Source: Candidatus Latescibacterota bacterium (lineage in GTDB: Bacteria; Latescibacterota; UBA2968). From it: a DNA stretch of 62,741 nucleotides. Below the pieces are notes generated by a model. The model was not told the origin of the DNA and ran no database searches. It was given only the letters and a program-made list of their open reading frames with translations. Below are positions 29,876 through 39,339 of the stretch, one piece after another. Made by a program: the position numbers and the translations under genes. The stretch's first letter is position 1. Each line of letters starts with the position of its first letter. The stretch lies in the NCBI GenBank assembly GCA_038279365.1, contig JAYODI010000026.1, positions 1 through 62,741 of the forward strand. Reading direction: 5' to 3'.

Positions 29876-29904
29876 AAAATAGACAGGTTAGGCGGTGGCG
29901 TCAA
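29876..29904 (-). promoter_or_regulatory. sigma70-type promoter of the leader-PhzF-hisI-hisG-prs operon
   Basis: Minus strand TTGACG, 17 bp spacer, TATTTT. Confidence 0.6.
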
Positions 29905-29949
29905 GCGTTTTTTGTATTTAAACAGGAAATGGTGATTCAAAAAGAAAGG

Positions 29950-31203
29950 TTAAGAGGAGAGAATGCTGTCTATTTGTTGGGCAATTTCGTCTTTTTTGTC
30001 TAACAGGTCAGGCAGGGGAATTGGCAATCGTATTTTTTCGGCAAATGGGTCTTTGATTTCTGGTGGTGCGTAATTGCCACTGGAGCCTATTTGCATTTGT
30101 CGGGCAATCATATCGGCTGTGTAGACCAAGCCTGTAAGTAATTTGTGGCGCGATGCCAAGTAGGGGTGATGATGATTGGCAATGCTTTCAGCGATTTCGT
30201 TGGGAAGATTCCATAAAATTGCAATTTCTTGGCCAATTTCGGAGTGGTTGATACCCAAAATATCTTTTTCTATTTCTGCACGTGGTTGTTTTGTTCTTTG
30301 TGCTTGCAAATCTATGGCTTTTGAAAAGGGACCAAAGCTCACATCCAGAACGAGTTTGCCAACATCGTGTAAAAGCCCTGCCATAAAATGTTTGGATGAC
30401 ATGTTGTCGCGTGAGATCATTTGCATAATTATGGCACTGGCCATAGAGTGTTCCCAGAAAGCGCGAAAATCTAAGGCTCCTTGGTGTGTTTCATTTTGCT
30501 GAAAGACGTCCAATATGGTGGCGCTTTGAACAATTTGACGAATCTTTTTTATGCCTAAAAATGTGACAGCAGTGGGTAATAGGTTGCCCTGGAAACCATA
30601 ACCTGCTGAGCGTGCGATACGCAAGGTGCGCATTGTAAGGCCTTGATCGGATTGTATGGCCGCTATCAGGTCGTCAACTTCAACTTGGTCATCATCAACC
30701 GATAAAATATTAATCAATTTTTGTTGGGCAGGTGATAAGGTCGGGATCTCTGTAAGGGTTCGCACTTTTTGGCGGATGTGATGGCCTAATTCTTCTTTGG
30801 TAAGGGGTGTTTTTTGTGTTTTTGCGCTTTTGTCTAATTGTTCATGAATTTTTTCGATGATTCGCTCGGGGTTGTAGGGACGAGCTATGACCCAAGATAC
30901 CCCTCCGTCCATGGCCGATTTGAGCACTTGACGTGTATGTTCTGGCGCACCTGGTTTGAGACCCAGTAAAATAGGCATGTGTTGGTGTTGGGGTTTGATG
31001 CGAAGAATTTGAGCTGTTTTAATGCCCGTTAAAGCAACGCCTTGGTCAATGATGGTTAAATCGGGAATATCGTGACATAGGAGTTTGGCTGCATCTACGC
31101 CATTTCGGACGGCTGCCGACTGAAAGCCCTTTTGTGAGAGCAGATTGTTGAGCGCTTTTCCCATTTGGGGGTCGCTATCTATTACTAATATTTTAGGCAT
31201 CAT
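29950..31203 (-). CDS. receiver (REC) + HDOD domain signalling protein
   Basis: KILVIDSD..PDLTIID N-terminus; FWEHS, AGLLHDVGKL, HSEIG..W.LP..I..HH. Confidence 0.88.
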   Translation of the reverse strand: MMPKILVIDSDPQMGKALNNLLSQKGFQSAAVRNGVDAAKLLCHDIPDLTIIDQGVALTGIKTAQILRIKPQHQHMPILLGLKPGAPEHTRQVLKSAMDGGVSWVIARPYNPERIIEKIHEQLDKSAKTQKTPLTKEELGHHIRQKVRTLTEIPTLSPAQQKLINILSVDDDQVEVDDLIAAIQSDQGLTMRTLRIARSAGYGFQGNLLPTAVTFLGIKKIRQIVQSATILDVFQQNETHQGALDFRAFWEHSMASAIIMQMISRDNMSSKHFMAGLLHDVGKLVLDVSFGPFSKAIDLQAQRTKQPRAEIEKDILGINHSEIGQEIAILWNLPNEIAESIANHHHPYLASRHKLLTGLVYTADMIARQMQIGSSGNYAPPEIKDPFAEKIRLPIPLPDLLDKKDEIAQQIDSILSS

Positions 31204-31529
31204 ATTTCCATATAAGTGGAGGGGGCGAGATGGGGGAGGCTAATATTTGCTTTGCTTTAATGGATGTTGTGGATGTGTTTGTTGCGCAACTTGGGGAGGG
31301 GGTGTACTGTGTTTATGGCAATAGATGTGCCAAAAACATTGATTGGGCTTAAGTTGTTGTTTATATTTTTTTTAATAGGTTTCGTTGTGTTGTTCAAAGT
31401 TGCAAAGGTCGTCAAATCACGAGCTTCGTTAACCAATGGCGCGATTTCGCGTGGTTCTTACTTGCTCTTTTGACGGGAAGACCATACATTGAGTGAAAAT
31501 TAAAAAATTAAAAAAACAGGAGTGAAATC

Positions 31530-32576
31530 GTGTTTTTGTGGCTGGGTGAACAATTATTTGGCGTTTATGGGCCGTTTCGGCTTTTTACGTCATATCTGTT
31601 TTTGGCGGGTGTTGGTACGGCATTATCAGCTGTGTTAACGTGGTGGTTGTTGCCACGTCTTTGGAATCGGTTACCCAAAGATCGAGGACGCGCATTTGCT
31701 GTGGGGGCGGCGCAAAGTGAAGGGAAGCCCGTTGGTGCTGGGATCATTTTCATCCCTATTTTTATTATTGCAGGCATTCTTTTTGTGCCCTTACACCCGC
31801 GTTATTTGGAAACTTTAGGGTGTTTGTTTTTGGCTATGTGGGTTGGTTATTTAGATGATCGCAGTGGGGGGTGGAGCGAATATCGCATGGGCGCATTTGA
31901 TTTGGGGATTTCGGCTTTGGCGGCAATGGTTGTTTGCCAAGGTCAACCTGTTCACTTGTGGTTGCCGTTGCTCAAATCTACCGTGATCGTATCCCCGTGG
32001 GTTTTTGTGCCTGTTGCGGCGGTGTTGTTGTGGCTGGCCATTAATGCAACCAATTGCACAGATGGCGTAGACGGTCTTTCGGGCAGTCTGTGTGGATTGG
32101 CGTTTATTTATTTAGGTGGCATCTTGTATGGTATTGTGGGACACCGGTTTATTGCACAGTATTTGTTGGTGCCGCACTATCCCGATGGGGCAGGGTGGGC
32201 CATATTGGCATTTATTATGACGGGGTGTTTGGCTGGATACTTATGGCATAATGCCAATCCAAGTTCTGTGTTGATGGGCGATGCGGGTTCACGTCCTTTG
32301 GGTTTGTTTTTGGGGATGTTGGTGTTGGCTTGTGGCAACCCTTTTTTGATTGTGGTGGTTGCGGGTGTTGTTTTGGTAAATGGGGCTACCGGGTTGCTCA
32401 AGGTGGCCTTATTGCGTTTCTTTAAGATCGGGATTTTTAAAAATGTGCGCTATCCTTTGCATGACCATGTGCGCCATAACAAAGGATGGTCCAATACGCA
32501 GGTGTTGGTTCGGTTTATTTTATTGCAAGCTGTGGTGACACCTATCTTGTTGGTGCTGTTGCTAAAAATTCGATAA
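31530..32576 (+). CDS. mraY: phospho-N-acetylmuramoyl-pentapeptide transferase (MraY-like)
   Basis: GYLDD, NATNCTDGVDGL, MGDAGS, PLHDH; RBS AGGAG and GTG start. Confidence 0.82.
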   Translation: MFLWLGEQLFGVYGPFRLFTSYLFLAGVGTALSAVLTWWLLPRLWNRLPKDRGRAFAVGAAQSEGKPVGAGIIFIPIFIIAGILFVPLHPRYLETLGCLFLAMWVGYLDDRSGGWSEYRMGAFDLGISALAAMVVCQGQPVHLWLPLLKSTVIVSPWVFVPVAAVLLWLAINATNCTDGVDGLSGSLCGLAFIYLGGILYGIVGHRFIAQYLLVPHYPDGAGWAILAFIMTGCLAGYLWHNANPSSVLMGDAGSRPLGLFLGMLVLACGNPFLIVVVAGVVLVNGATGLLKVALLRFFKIGIFKNVRYPLHDHVRHNKGWSNTQVLVRFILLQAVVTPILLVLLLKIR

Positions 32577-32640
32577 CAAAATATATGGATGTGTGAAAAA
32601 GGTATTTTGCAGGGCTGTTCTTTTAGGTTTTGGAGGTTTT

Positions 32641-33972
32641 GTGGCCAATAAAGAAGATATTAAGAGACGCATTAGTGAAGCCATTGACAGACGACGAGAT
32701 CAGATTTGTCGTATGGGTGATCACATTATGTTAAACCCAGAACTGGGCTTTAAGGAATTTGAAACCGCGAAATTGGTTGCTCAGACAATGGATGAATTTG
32801 GCATCCCTTGTCAGACCGAATTGGCCATAACGGGTGTGAAGGGTGTGCTTAAGGGGAAAAAACCTGGTCCAACAGTGGCCCTTATTGGCGAGTTGGATTC
32901 GTTGTTGGTGTCGGATCATCCTCAAGCCAATAAAGAAACAGGTGCTGCGCATGCTTGTGGGCACAATGCCCAAATTGCGGGGTTGATGGGGGCTATGATG
33001 GGCCTGGTTGACTGCAAAGTTGCAGATGATTTGGCGGGTAATGTGGTGTTTTTTGCTGTGCCTGCTGAAGAATATGTGGAAGTCGAATATCGCATGGGTT
33101 TGGTTAAGGCTGGTAAGCTGAGCTTTTTAGGTGGCAAACCCGAATTGATCAAATTGGGACATTTTGATGATGTGGATATGGCCATTATGATTCATACGCA
33201 CAGTGATGGCCATATGACTCCGGCTGCTGTTTCGGCATCATCTAATGGTTTTTTGGCCAAAATGATACGCTTTTTGGGTAAGGCCGCACATGCAGGTGGG
33301 GCACCACACAAAGGTGTTAATGCCTTAAATGCGGCACAAATTGCACTTTGTGCGATTAATGCCCAAAGAGAAACCTTTCAAGATCAGGATGCCATTCGTG
33401 TACACCCTGTGATTACAAAAGGTGGGGATTTGGTAAATGTGGTGCCTGCGGAAGTTTGTATGGAAACGTATGTGCGTGGTCGTACGGCCGAGGCAATTTT
33501 GGATGCCAATGCCAAAGTAGATCGTTCATTGCGGGCGGGTGCGTTGGCGATGGGGGCAAAGGTTGAAATAGAGACATTGCCAGGATATATGCCCCTTAAA
33601 AACAATGCGGTTTTGACACAATTATTCAGGTCTAATTCTGAAGATCTGTTTGGCAAAGAAGCATTTAGTGAAGTGGGGCACCGAACAGGGTCTACGGACA
33701 TGGGGGATTTGTCTCATATTATGCCCGCTTTGCATCCTTACATGTCTGGTGCGTCTGGGCCGGGACACAGCGTGGATTGGCACATCTCTGATAAGGAGAT
33801 GGGATATTTGGGTCCTGCCAAATCTTTGGCTTGGATGGCCGTAGATTTGTTATATGGGGATGCCACACAGGCCAGGCGTGTGTTGGATGGATATCAACCC
33901 GAAATGACAAAAGATGCTTTTTTATCTTTTCAGCACGATTTATATAAAACAGAATTGTTTGATGGTGAATAA
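32641..33972 (+). CDS. M20 family amidohydrolase
   Basis: HACGHN, PAEE, GKAAHAG, GSTDMGD; RBS GGAGG and GTG start. Confidence 0.9.
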   Translation: MANKEDIKRRISEAIDRRRDQICRMGDHIMLNPELGFKEFETAKLVAQTMDEFGIPCQTELAITGVKGVLKGKKPGPTVALIGELDSLLVSDHPQANKETGAAHACGHNAQIAGLMGAMMGLVDCKVADDLAGNVVFFAVPAEEYVEVEYRMGLVKAGKLSFLGGKPELIKLGHFDDVDMAIMIHTHSDGHMTPAAVSASSNGFLAKMIRFLGKAAHAGGAPHKGVNALNAAQIALCAINAQRETFQDQDAIRVHPVITKGGDLVNVVPAEVCMETYVRGRTAEAILDANAKVDRSLRAGALAMGAKVEIETLPGYMPLKNNAVLTQLFRSNSEDLFGKEAFSEVGHRTGSTDMGDLSHIMPALHPYMSGASGPGHSVDWHISDKEMGYLGPAKSLAWMAVDLLYGDATQARRVLDGYQPEMTKDAFLSFQHDLYKTELFDGE

Positions 33973-34033
33973 CGTTAGATATTTGATCTGGTAATTTTAA
34001 ACGTCCCTTGTGAATATTGGGATTGGGCAAAAT

Positions 34034-34372
34034 ATGAGGTGTTTGGCAGGGATTGGATGGCACCTGTTGGTTGGGTGCTTTTTTTTGTGTGGGTGTGGAA
34101 TAGATGCGTGGGCGAATGTGGCACCCATTGCAAGGAATGATTCGGTTCGTGTGGAACAAAATGGAAAGATCAATATTGATGTTTTGGGTGATTTTGACGG
34201 GGATGGAGGGGTGGGTTTTGCCGATTTTGTGCTATTTGCCACACGGTTTGGTTTGGAGAATATCGAAGAAAACTTTGATAAACGTATGGATTTTGATGGT
34301 GATGGCCGTATTGCTTTTTCAGACTTTTTGCGATTTATTGGTTTGTTTGGAAAAACACCAACAGGTGGATAG
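34034..34372 (+). CDS. small secreted protein with a paired EF-hand/dockerin-like module, possibly internally deleted
   Basis: GDFDGDGGVGFADF and MDFDGDGRIAFSDF repeats after a partial Ig/cadherin-like start. Confidence 0.65.
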   Translation: MRCLAGIGWHLLVGCFFLCGCGIDAWANVAPIARNDSVRVEQNGKINIDVLGDFDGDGGVGFADFVLFATRFGLENIEENFDKRMDFDGDGRIAFSDFLRFIGLFGKTPTGG

Positions 34373-34386
34373 ACTTCCCTGAAAAC

Positions 34387-34423
34387 AAAAAAGCGGTTGC
34401 CATGTTTGGCAACCGCTTTTTTT
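34387..34423. terminator. bidirectional terminator
   Basis: aaaaaagcggttgcca/tggcaaccgcttttttt. Confidence 0.8.
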
Positions 34424-34440
34424 ATGGGCAAACCGATATG

Positions 34441-35490
34441 TTATCGAATTTCGAGCATGCGTTCTACCGAGCGCAATGCGCGAATGCGAATGTCTTCGGG
34501 TACGTCGATAATTTGTTCATTATTTTGAAGTGCGTTGAGTGTGTCTTCGAGTGTGATTTCATTCATGTGTGGGCATCGAATGCTACAAAGGCCTACCATC
34601 TCTTTGTCTGGGTTTTCTGCGGCAATGTTATCGGCCATGCTGCATTCGGTGAGAAGCAAGTAGCGATCTGCTTCCATGTCGCGCACATAATCGACCATGC
34701 GTGAGGTGCTGCTTGAAAAATCAGAGGCTTCAACGACCTCGGGACTGCATTCTGGATGTGCCAAAACCAAGACGCCGGGAAATTGTTCGCGCACATTGAT
34801 GATGTCTTGCACTGTAAATTGATCATGGACTTCACAACGACCATGCCAACCAATCATTTGATAGTCTAAACCGGGTTTGGGGTTGTTGGGCATGTTTTTG
34901 GTGGGATAGATGATTTTTTTGCCTGTTTCTCTGGCCACATTGGCGGCCAAGTATTCGTCGGGCAAAAAGATGATGGTATCCGAATCGAGAGACTCGACCA
35001 CTTTATGGGCATTGCCCGATGTACAGCAAATATCTGTTTCAGCTTTGACATCGGCATATGTGTTGATGTAGGTGACAACAGGTACACCAGGGTATTGTTT
35101 GCGCAAGTTACGAACGTCTTCGGCTGTGATGCTTTCTGCCAAAGAACAGCCTGCAACTTTTGCTGGTAAAAGCACGGTTTTGGTGGGGTTTAGGATTTTG
35201 GCTGTTTCTGCCATAAAGCGCACCCCACAAAACACAATGGGGTCGGCGTCTGTTTCGGCGGCTTTGCGAGACAGTTCGAGTGAATCACCCACAAAGTCGG
35301 GCACGGAGTGAAAGAGAGCGGGTTCCATGTAATTGTGCCCCAGGATGATGGCGCCGCGTTCTTTTTTAATTTTATTGATTTCGTAGGCCAACTCGGCTTT
35401 GTATTTGAGCTCAATTTCGGGCACAATGCCGTCGAGCTTTTTGGCCATTTGTTGATAGGTTTCTTCGAGGGTTGTGGCGGTAAGTGCCAT
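34441..35490 (-). CDS. nadA: quinolinate synthase
   Basis: GHNYM, GDSLEL, FCGVRFMAE, GCSLA, YINT, HPEC, CPHM. Confidence 0.96.
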   Translation of the reverse strand: MALTATTLEETYQQMAKKLDGIVPEIELKYKAELAYEINKIKKERGAIILGHNYMEPALFHSVPDFVGDSLELSRKAAETDADPIVFCGVRFMAETAKILNPTKTVLLPAKVAGCSLAESITAEDVRNLRKQYPGVPVVTYINTYADVKAETDICCTSGNAHKVVESLDSDTIIFLPDEYLAANVARETGKKIIYPTKNMPNNPKPGLDYQMIGWHGRCEVHDQFTVQDIINVREQFPGVLVLAHPECSPEVVEASDFSSSTSRMVDYVRDMEADRYLLLTECSMADNIAAENPDKEMVGLCSIRCPHMNEITLEDTLNALQNNEQIIDVPEDIRIRALRSVERMLEIR

Positions 35491-35776
35491 TTGTTGGCTC
35501 CTATTTGGACTTGCACATGGTGAAATTATATGGGGTTAAAGATATAAAAAGAATAAGCATACGGCAAGGCATTCAAACGCAATCTATTTTGAGTGGGCGT
35601 GGCAGATGGTGAGTGGCTTTGGTATAAATAATATGTGAATGGTGTTGTTTTTCATTGTTTTTTGGGTGATAGAGGTTTAAACTAAAGCAGTGTGGGCACA
35701 AAATCCCCATTGGGATGAATGAATGCCATAAATTTATTGATGAATAAATAAAATGACGGAATGTTGGGGAAAAATT

Positions 35777-36856
35777 ATGAAGATTGTGATTCGGGCAGGT
35801 GGTATTGGAACCCGTTTGTGGCCATTTAGTCGCAAGACGCAGCCAAAACAGTTTCATGCAATTGTAGGAAACCAAACGATGGTTCAGGAAGCTGTGGCTC
35901 GCATGTTGCCTATTGCAAATGAGGCCGATATTTATGTGTCAACGGGGACCGATTTGGTGGGTTTGGTGGGTAAACAATTGCCCAATATACCTTTAGGTCA
36001 GGTGATAGTTGAACCAGCTTTGCGCAATACTGGCCCTGCAGTGGGCTTAGAGTGCATTCTTTTGGAAACGCGTTTTCCGGGTTGTACAATTGCAAGTTTG
36101 GGGTCGGACCACCATATTGGAAAACCTGATGAATTTTGTCGGTTGCTTCAAGTGGCTGCCGATGCATTGGAAGAAATGCCGACTACGTTGTTTACTATTG
36201 GTGTTAAACCTACGCGTGTGGATACGGGATTTGGATATATTAAAAAGGGTGTCGTTTCAAATACGGTAAATGATGAACCGGTTTATATTGTAGACGGATT
36301 TACTGAAAAACCCGATGCAGAACGCGCCAAGGCCTATGTGGATAGTGGGCAGTATTTGTGGAACAGCAATATGTTTGTATGGAAAGCGCGTACGGTGTTG
36401 GATCTGTTTGCTGAATATGAACCTGAAATATATACATTGTTAGAAGAAATTGGTGTGGCTGTGGGTACTGACCGAGAAGCTGAAGTCATTCGAACTGTTT
36501 ATCCTAAAATGAAAGAAATTGCGGTAGACAATGCGATTATTGAACGCGCACCCCATGTTGCTACATTGGAAGCCGATATTGCGTGGAGTGATATTGGCAG
36601 TTGGGGGGCATTGACGGATGTGTTACCCGTTGATGAAGACGGAAATTTATTAAATGGCAATGTGGTTGCATTAAATGCCCAAAATGTGACCGTTTATGGT
36701 GGACAAGACAAAGTGATTGCATTGGTGGATGTGGAAAACTTAATTGTTGTGGATACAGGTGACGCGTTGTTGATTTTGCCGCGTGATGGTTCGCAGCGTG
36801 TGAAAGATGTTGTGGGGGCTTTATCGGCAAGGGAAGATGGTGGGCGTTATTGCTGA
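35777..36856 (+). CDS. manC: mannose-1-phosphate guanylyltransferase
   Basis: AGGIGTRLWP.SR...PKQF, EP..RNTGPA, FTEKPD, WNS.MF, WSDIGSW. Confidence 0.9.
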   Translation: MKIVIRAGGIGTRLWPFSRKTQPKQFHAIVGNQTMVQEAVARMLPIANEADIYVSTGTDLVGLVGKQLPNIPLGQVIVEPALRNTGPAVGLECILLETRFPGCTIASLGSDHHIGKPDEFCRLLQVAADALEEMPTTLFTIGVKPTRVDTGFGYIKKGVVSNTVNDEPVYIVDGFTEKPDAERAKAYVDSGQYLWNSNMFVWKARTVLDLFAEYEPEIYTLLEEIGVAVGTDREAEVIRTVYPKMKEIAVDNAIIERAPHVATLEADIAWSDIGSWGALTDVLPVDEDGNLLNGNVVALNAQNVTVYGGQDKVIALVDVENLIVVDTGDALLILPRDGSQRVKDVVGALSAREDGGRYC

Positions 36857-36901
36857 TTTGGGTTTGTAGGCAATGAACTTAAAAGTCATAAGGGTATTGG
36901 C

Positions 36902-37258
36902 GTGAAAATATTATTGGCAGATGATGAAAAAGATATCCTGCTTATTTATTCCGAACTGTTGGCTGGAAATGGGCATGTGGTTACTGCGGCCAGCAATGGC
37001 AATGAGGTGATTCGGCTGTTGTCCGAAACCGACTTTGACATGCTGATTTTGGATTTGTATATGCCACAGATGGATGGTTTTGAGGCCATTCAAGCCTTGC
37101 GTGATAAGGGATATGCCATGCCTGTGATTGTGATGACGGGACATTTTCCAGATGATGAAGTCAGTGCCCGTCTGGAGGGCTTACAGGTTTGCGCCGCACT
37201 TCGAAAGCCTGTTATGATTTCGACGTTGTTAAATGCGGTGAATGAGGCTTTACAATAA
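36902..37258 (+). CDS. single-domain response regulator
   Basis: ILLADDE, LDLYMPQMDG, KP. Confidence 0.9.
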   Translation: MKILLADDEKDILLIYSELLAGNGHVVTAASNGNEVIRLLSETDFDMLILDLYMPQMDGFEAIQALRDKGYAMPVIVMTGHFPDDEVSARLEGLQVCAALRKPVMISTLLNAVNEALQ

Positions 37259-37274
37259 GATTATAAGTTGAGCG

Positions 37275-37319
37275 AAAATAAAAAGCCCCGATCAGGCACT
37301 GATCGGGGCTTTTTATTTT
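37275..37319. terminator. bidirectional terminator
   Basis: Perfect 21-bp inverted repeat aaaataaaaagccccgatcag/ctgatcggggctttttatttt. Confidence 0.85.
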
Positions 37320-37335
37320 GATAAATGTCTGTGTT

Positions 37336-38001
37336 TTATCTGAGATCAAATTTGTAACCCACACCGCGCACTGTGGCGATGGCATTGCCAATATCGTCTA
37401 ACTTGGATCGCAAGCGTCGAATGTGAACATCAACCGTGCGCATGCCACCGTAATAATCGTAGCCCCAAATGCTGTCAAGTAGGTCTGAACGCGTGAAAAC
37501 ACGGCCTTGATGGGTAACCAGATGCTTGAGTAATTCGTATTCTTTAAGTGTGAGTTCGATAATGGCACCCTTAACACGTACTTCATAACGAATGAGATTG
37601 ATGCTTAAGTCTTCAATTTTGATGGTGTGCTCATCTACGGGGCGGTTGTCGTTCCACATGGCAAGGCGCAAACGGGCTTCGAGCTCACGCAGGCTATAGG
37701 GTGTAATGATAAAATCATCAATGCCCAAAGAAAAGTCGAGATTGAGGGCCGTCATTTCATCAGTAATGACCAAAAGGGACAAATCTTGAACTTGAACACG
37801 TTTCAATATTTGAGCAAGACGCTCGGGGGAGGATTCGGGAACGACAATGAGGAGTTCTACGGTATCGGCGGGAATGAGGGTGGTGTTGGTGGCCAAATGA
37901 TCGCGCAAAGACACATGATCTACTTGGTGCCCAATATACCCCAAATCGGATTTTAGACGGGCCCCGTGAGCCTCATCGGCCAACAAAAGAATTTGTGCCA
38001 T
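37336..38001 (-). CDS. OmpR/PhoB-type winged-helix regulator with an atypical receiver (GlnR-like)
   Basis: LTLKEYELL...RTVDVHIRRLRSKL..TVRGVGY; degenerate REC domain. Confidence 0.85.
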   Translation of the reverse strand: MAQILLLADEAHGARLKSDLGYIGHQVDHVSLRDHLATNTTLIPADTVELLIVVPESSPERLAQILKRVQVQDLSLLVITDEMTALNLDFSLGIDDFIITPYSLRELEARLRLAMWNDNRPVDEHTIKIEDLSINLIRYEVRVKGAIIELTLKEYELLKHLVTHQGRVFTRSDLLDSIWGYDYYGGMRTVDVHIRRLRSKLDDIGNAIATVRGVGYKFDLR

Positions 38002-38172
38002 AATACGCCAAGGTTTAGAAACTGTGTTGATATAGGACTATGAACATTAATTTTACTAAACAATATTACAAAGGATTTGTGTTTTCAACCGACTGGAAAA
38101 TAGAGACCTAAGAACATTTTGTCAAGGTGTATCTGGCATTTTATTTTTGTATGCAAGGAATAGATAAAACAT

Positions 38173-38212
38173 AAAAAAAGCCAGAAAAGACCCATGGGGG
38201 GGCTTTTCTGGC
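38173..38212 (-). terminator. terminator-like hairpin with a C-rich loop
   Basis: Minus strand gccagaaaag-cccccccatgggt-cttttctggc-T7. Confidence 0.65.
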
Positions 38213-38221
38213 CACGGTGAT

Positions 38222-38250
38222 AATATAACAAAAAGAGATTGTTTTGTCAA
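38222..38250 (-). promoter_or_regulatory. sigma70-type promoter with an extended -10
   Basis: Minus strand TTGACA, 17 bp spacer, TGn-TATATT. Confidence 0.65.
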
Positions 38251-38373
38251 GTTTGTAAATCTTTTATTAACAATAATTTAAATATTGACTTTGGACTTTG
38301 GGATGGTTAAGTTTACAATGTTCTGTTTCCAGACTTTCTGGAGCGATCGACGACTCTTTTTTGGAGGGGCTTA

Positions 38374-39339
38374 ATGAGCGAGAAGCCTTTCGGGGGCGAG
38401 GGGGAAGTCATTTGTATGGTTTGTAAGACGGCCATTCCTGTGGCACGTCTTCAGGTTGTACCTGATGCGAAATTGTGCGTGACGTGTCAGGGAAAAGTTG
38501 AAAGGGGGTTGCTCGACCTTAACGCATTTTTGGTGGGCGATTTGGGGATTGAAGAAGAAAAAGAACCACAACCTTTGGAGATACAAGAAGATCGTTTGGT
38601 GGTAGGCACTTGGTCGGGTGGGTTTTTGGAAGTGGCCGATCAAAGTGGAAAAATGCGTGCGCTGTTGCGCGAAGGCAAAAAAGAAGAGGCACTGGCTTTG
38701 GTGCAGGCATTGCCAATTGAGGCACAGGCTGCACTGGTGGTGGTGGATGAAGATCCAGAAGAAGCCCTTTCTATAACGGGTATGGATCGTTTGGGAAACC
38801 CAGGTTATCGTTCTGAGGTGGTGAGTTTGTTGCCCACCGAGATGCTGACGGGGCTTATTGCCTATGACGGGGAGGAGAAACGGTTTAATACACGGTTGAT
38901 TCAGGCCATGACACCTGGCACATTTAGCCGAACAGTGTCTGATACTTTAGAGCCGATAGACAATGCTGAGGCACGCGCGGAGGTGACTTGGGAGTGGCTG
39001 GAGGCTTTGGCTGAGCTTCTCGATGTGAACAAACGCGCAGAATTGTTGCGCAGTGTCGAACCCGAATTGTTGGAGGACGCGCTGATTACACGTATTCACC
39101 ATTTTAACTTGAACAAAACGGTAACCTCTGTCAATATAGATGGTGTTGAGTGGGGCGTGGATATGTTTCGGGTATTTTCCGAAGACAGTGCCGTGGGGCC
39201 TTTGCCCAGCAAGTTTATTGAAGATGTGAAGGTGGGTAGTGTGATGGATTCGCTTTATGAAGCCGCTCCCGATGTGATGAGTGCGATGGTGCGTGGCGCT
39301 TGGGAGAGGCAATTTGATGGATGGGAGGATTTGGAATGA
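38374..39339 (+). CDS. TraR/DksA C4-type zinc finger fused to an unknown acidic helical domain
   Basis: CMVCKTAIPVARLQVVPDAKLCVTCQ matches C..C...Ip..Rl...P....C..C; RBS GGAGG. Confidence 0.75.
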   Translation: MSEKPFGGEGEVICMVCKTAIPVARLQVVPDAKLCVTCQGKVERGLLDLNAFLVGDLGIEEEKEPQPLEIQEDRLVVGTWSGGFLEVADQSGKMRALLREGKKEEALALVQALPIEAQAALVVVDEDPEEALSITGMDRLGNPGYRSEVVSLLPTEMLTGLIAYDGEEKRFNTRLIQAMTPGTFSRTVSDTLEPIDNAEARAEVTWEWLEALAELLDVNKRAELLRSVEPELLEDALITRIHHFNLNKTVTSVNIDGVEWGVDMFRVFSEDSAVGPLPSKFIEDVKVGSVMDSLYEAAPDVMSAMVRGAWERQFDGWEDLE

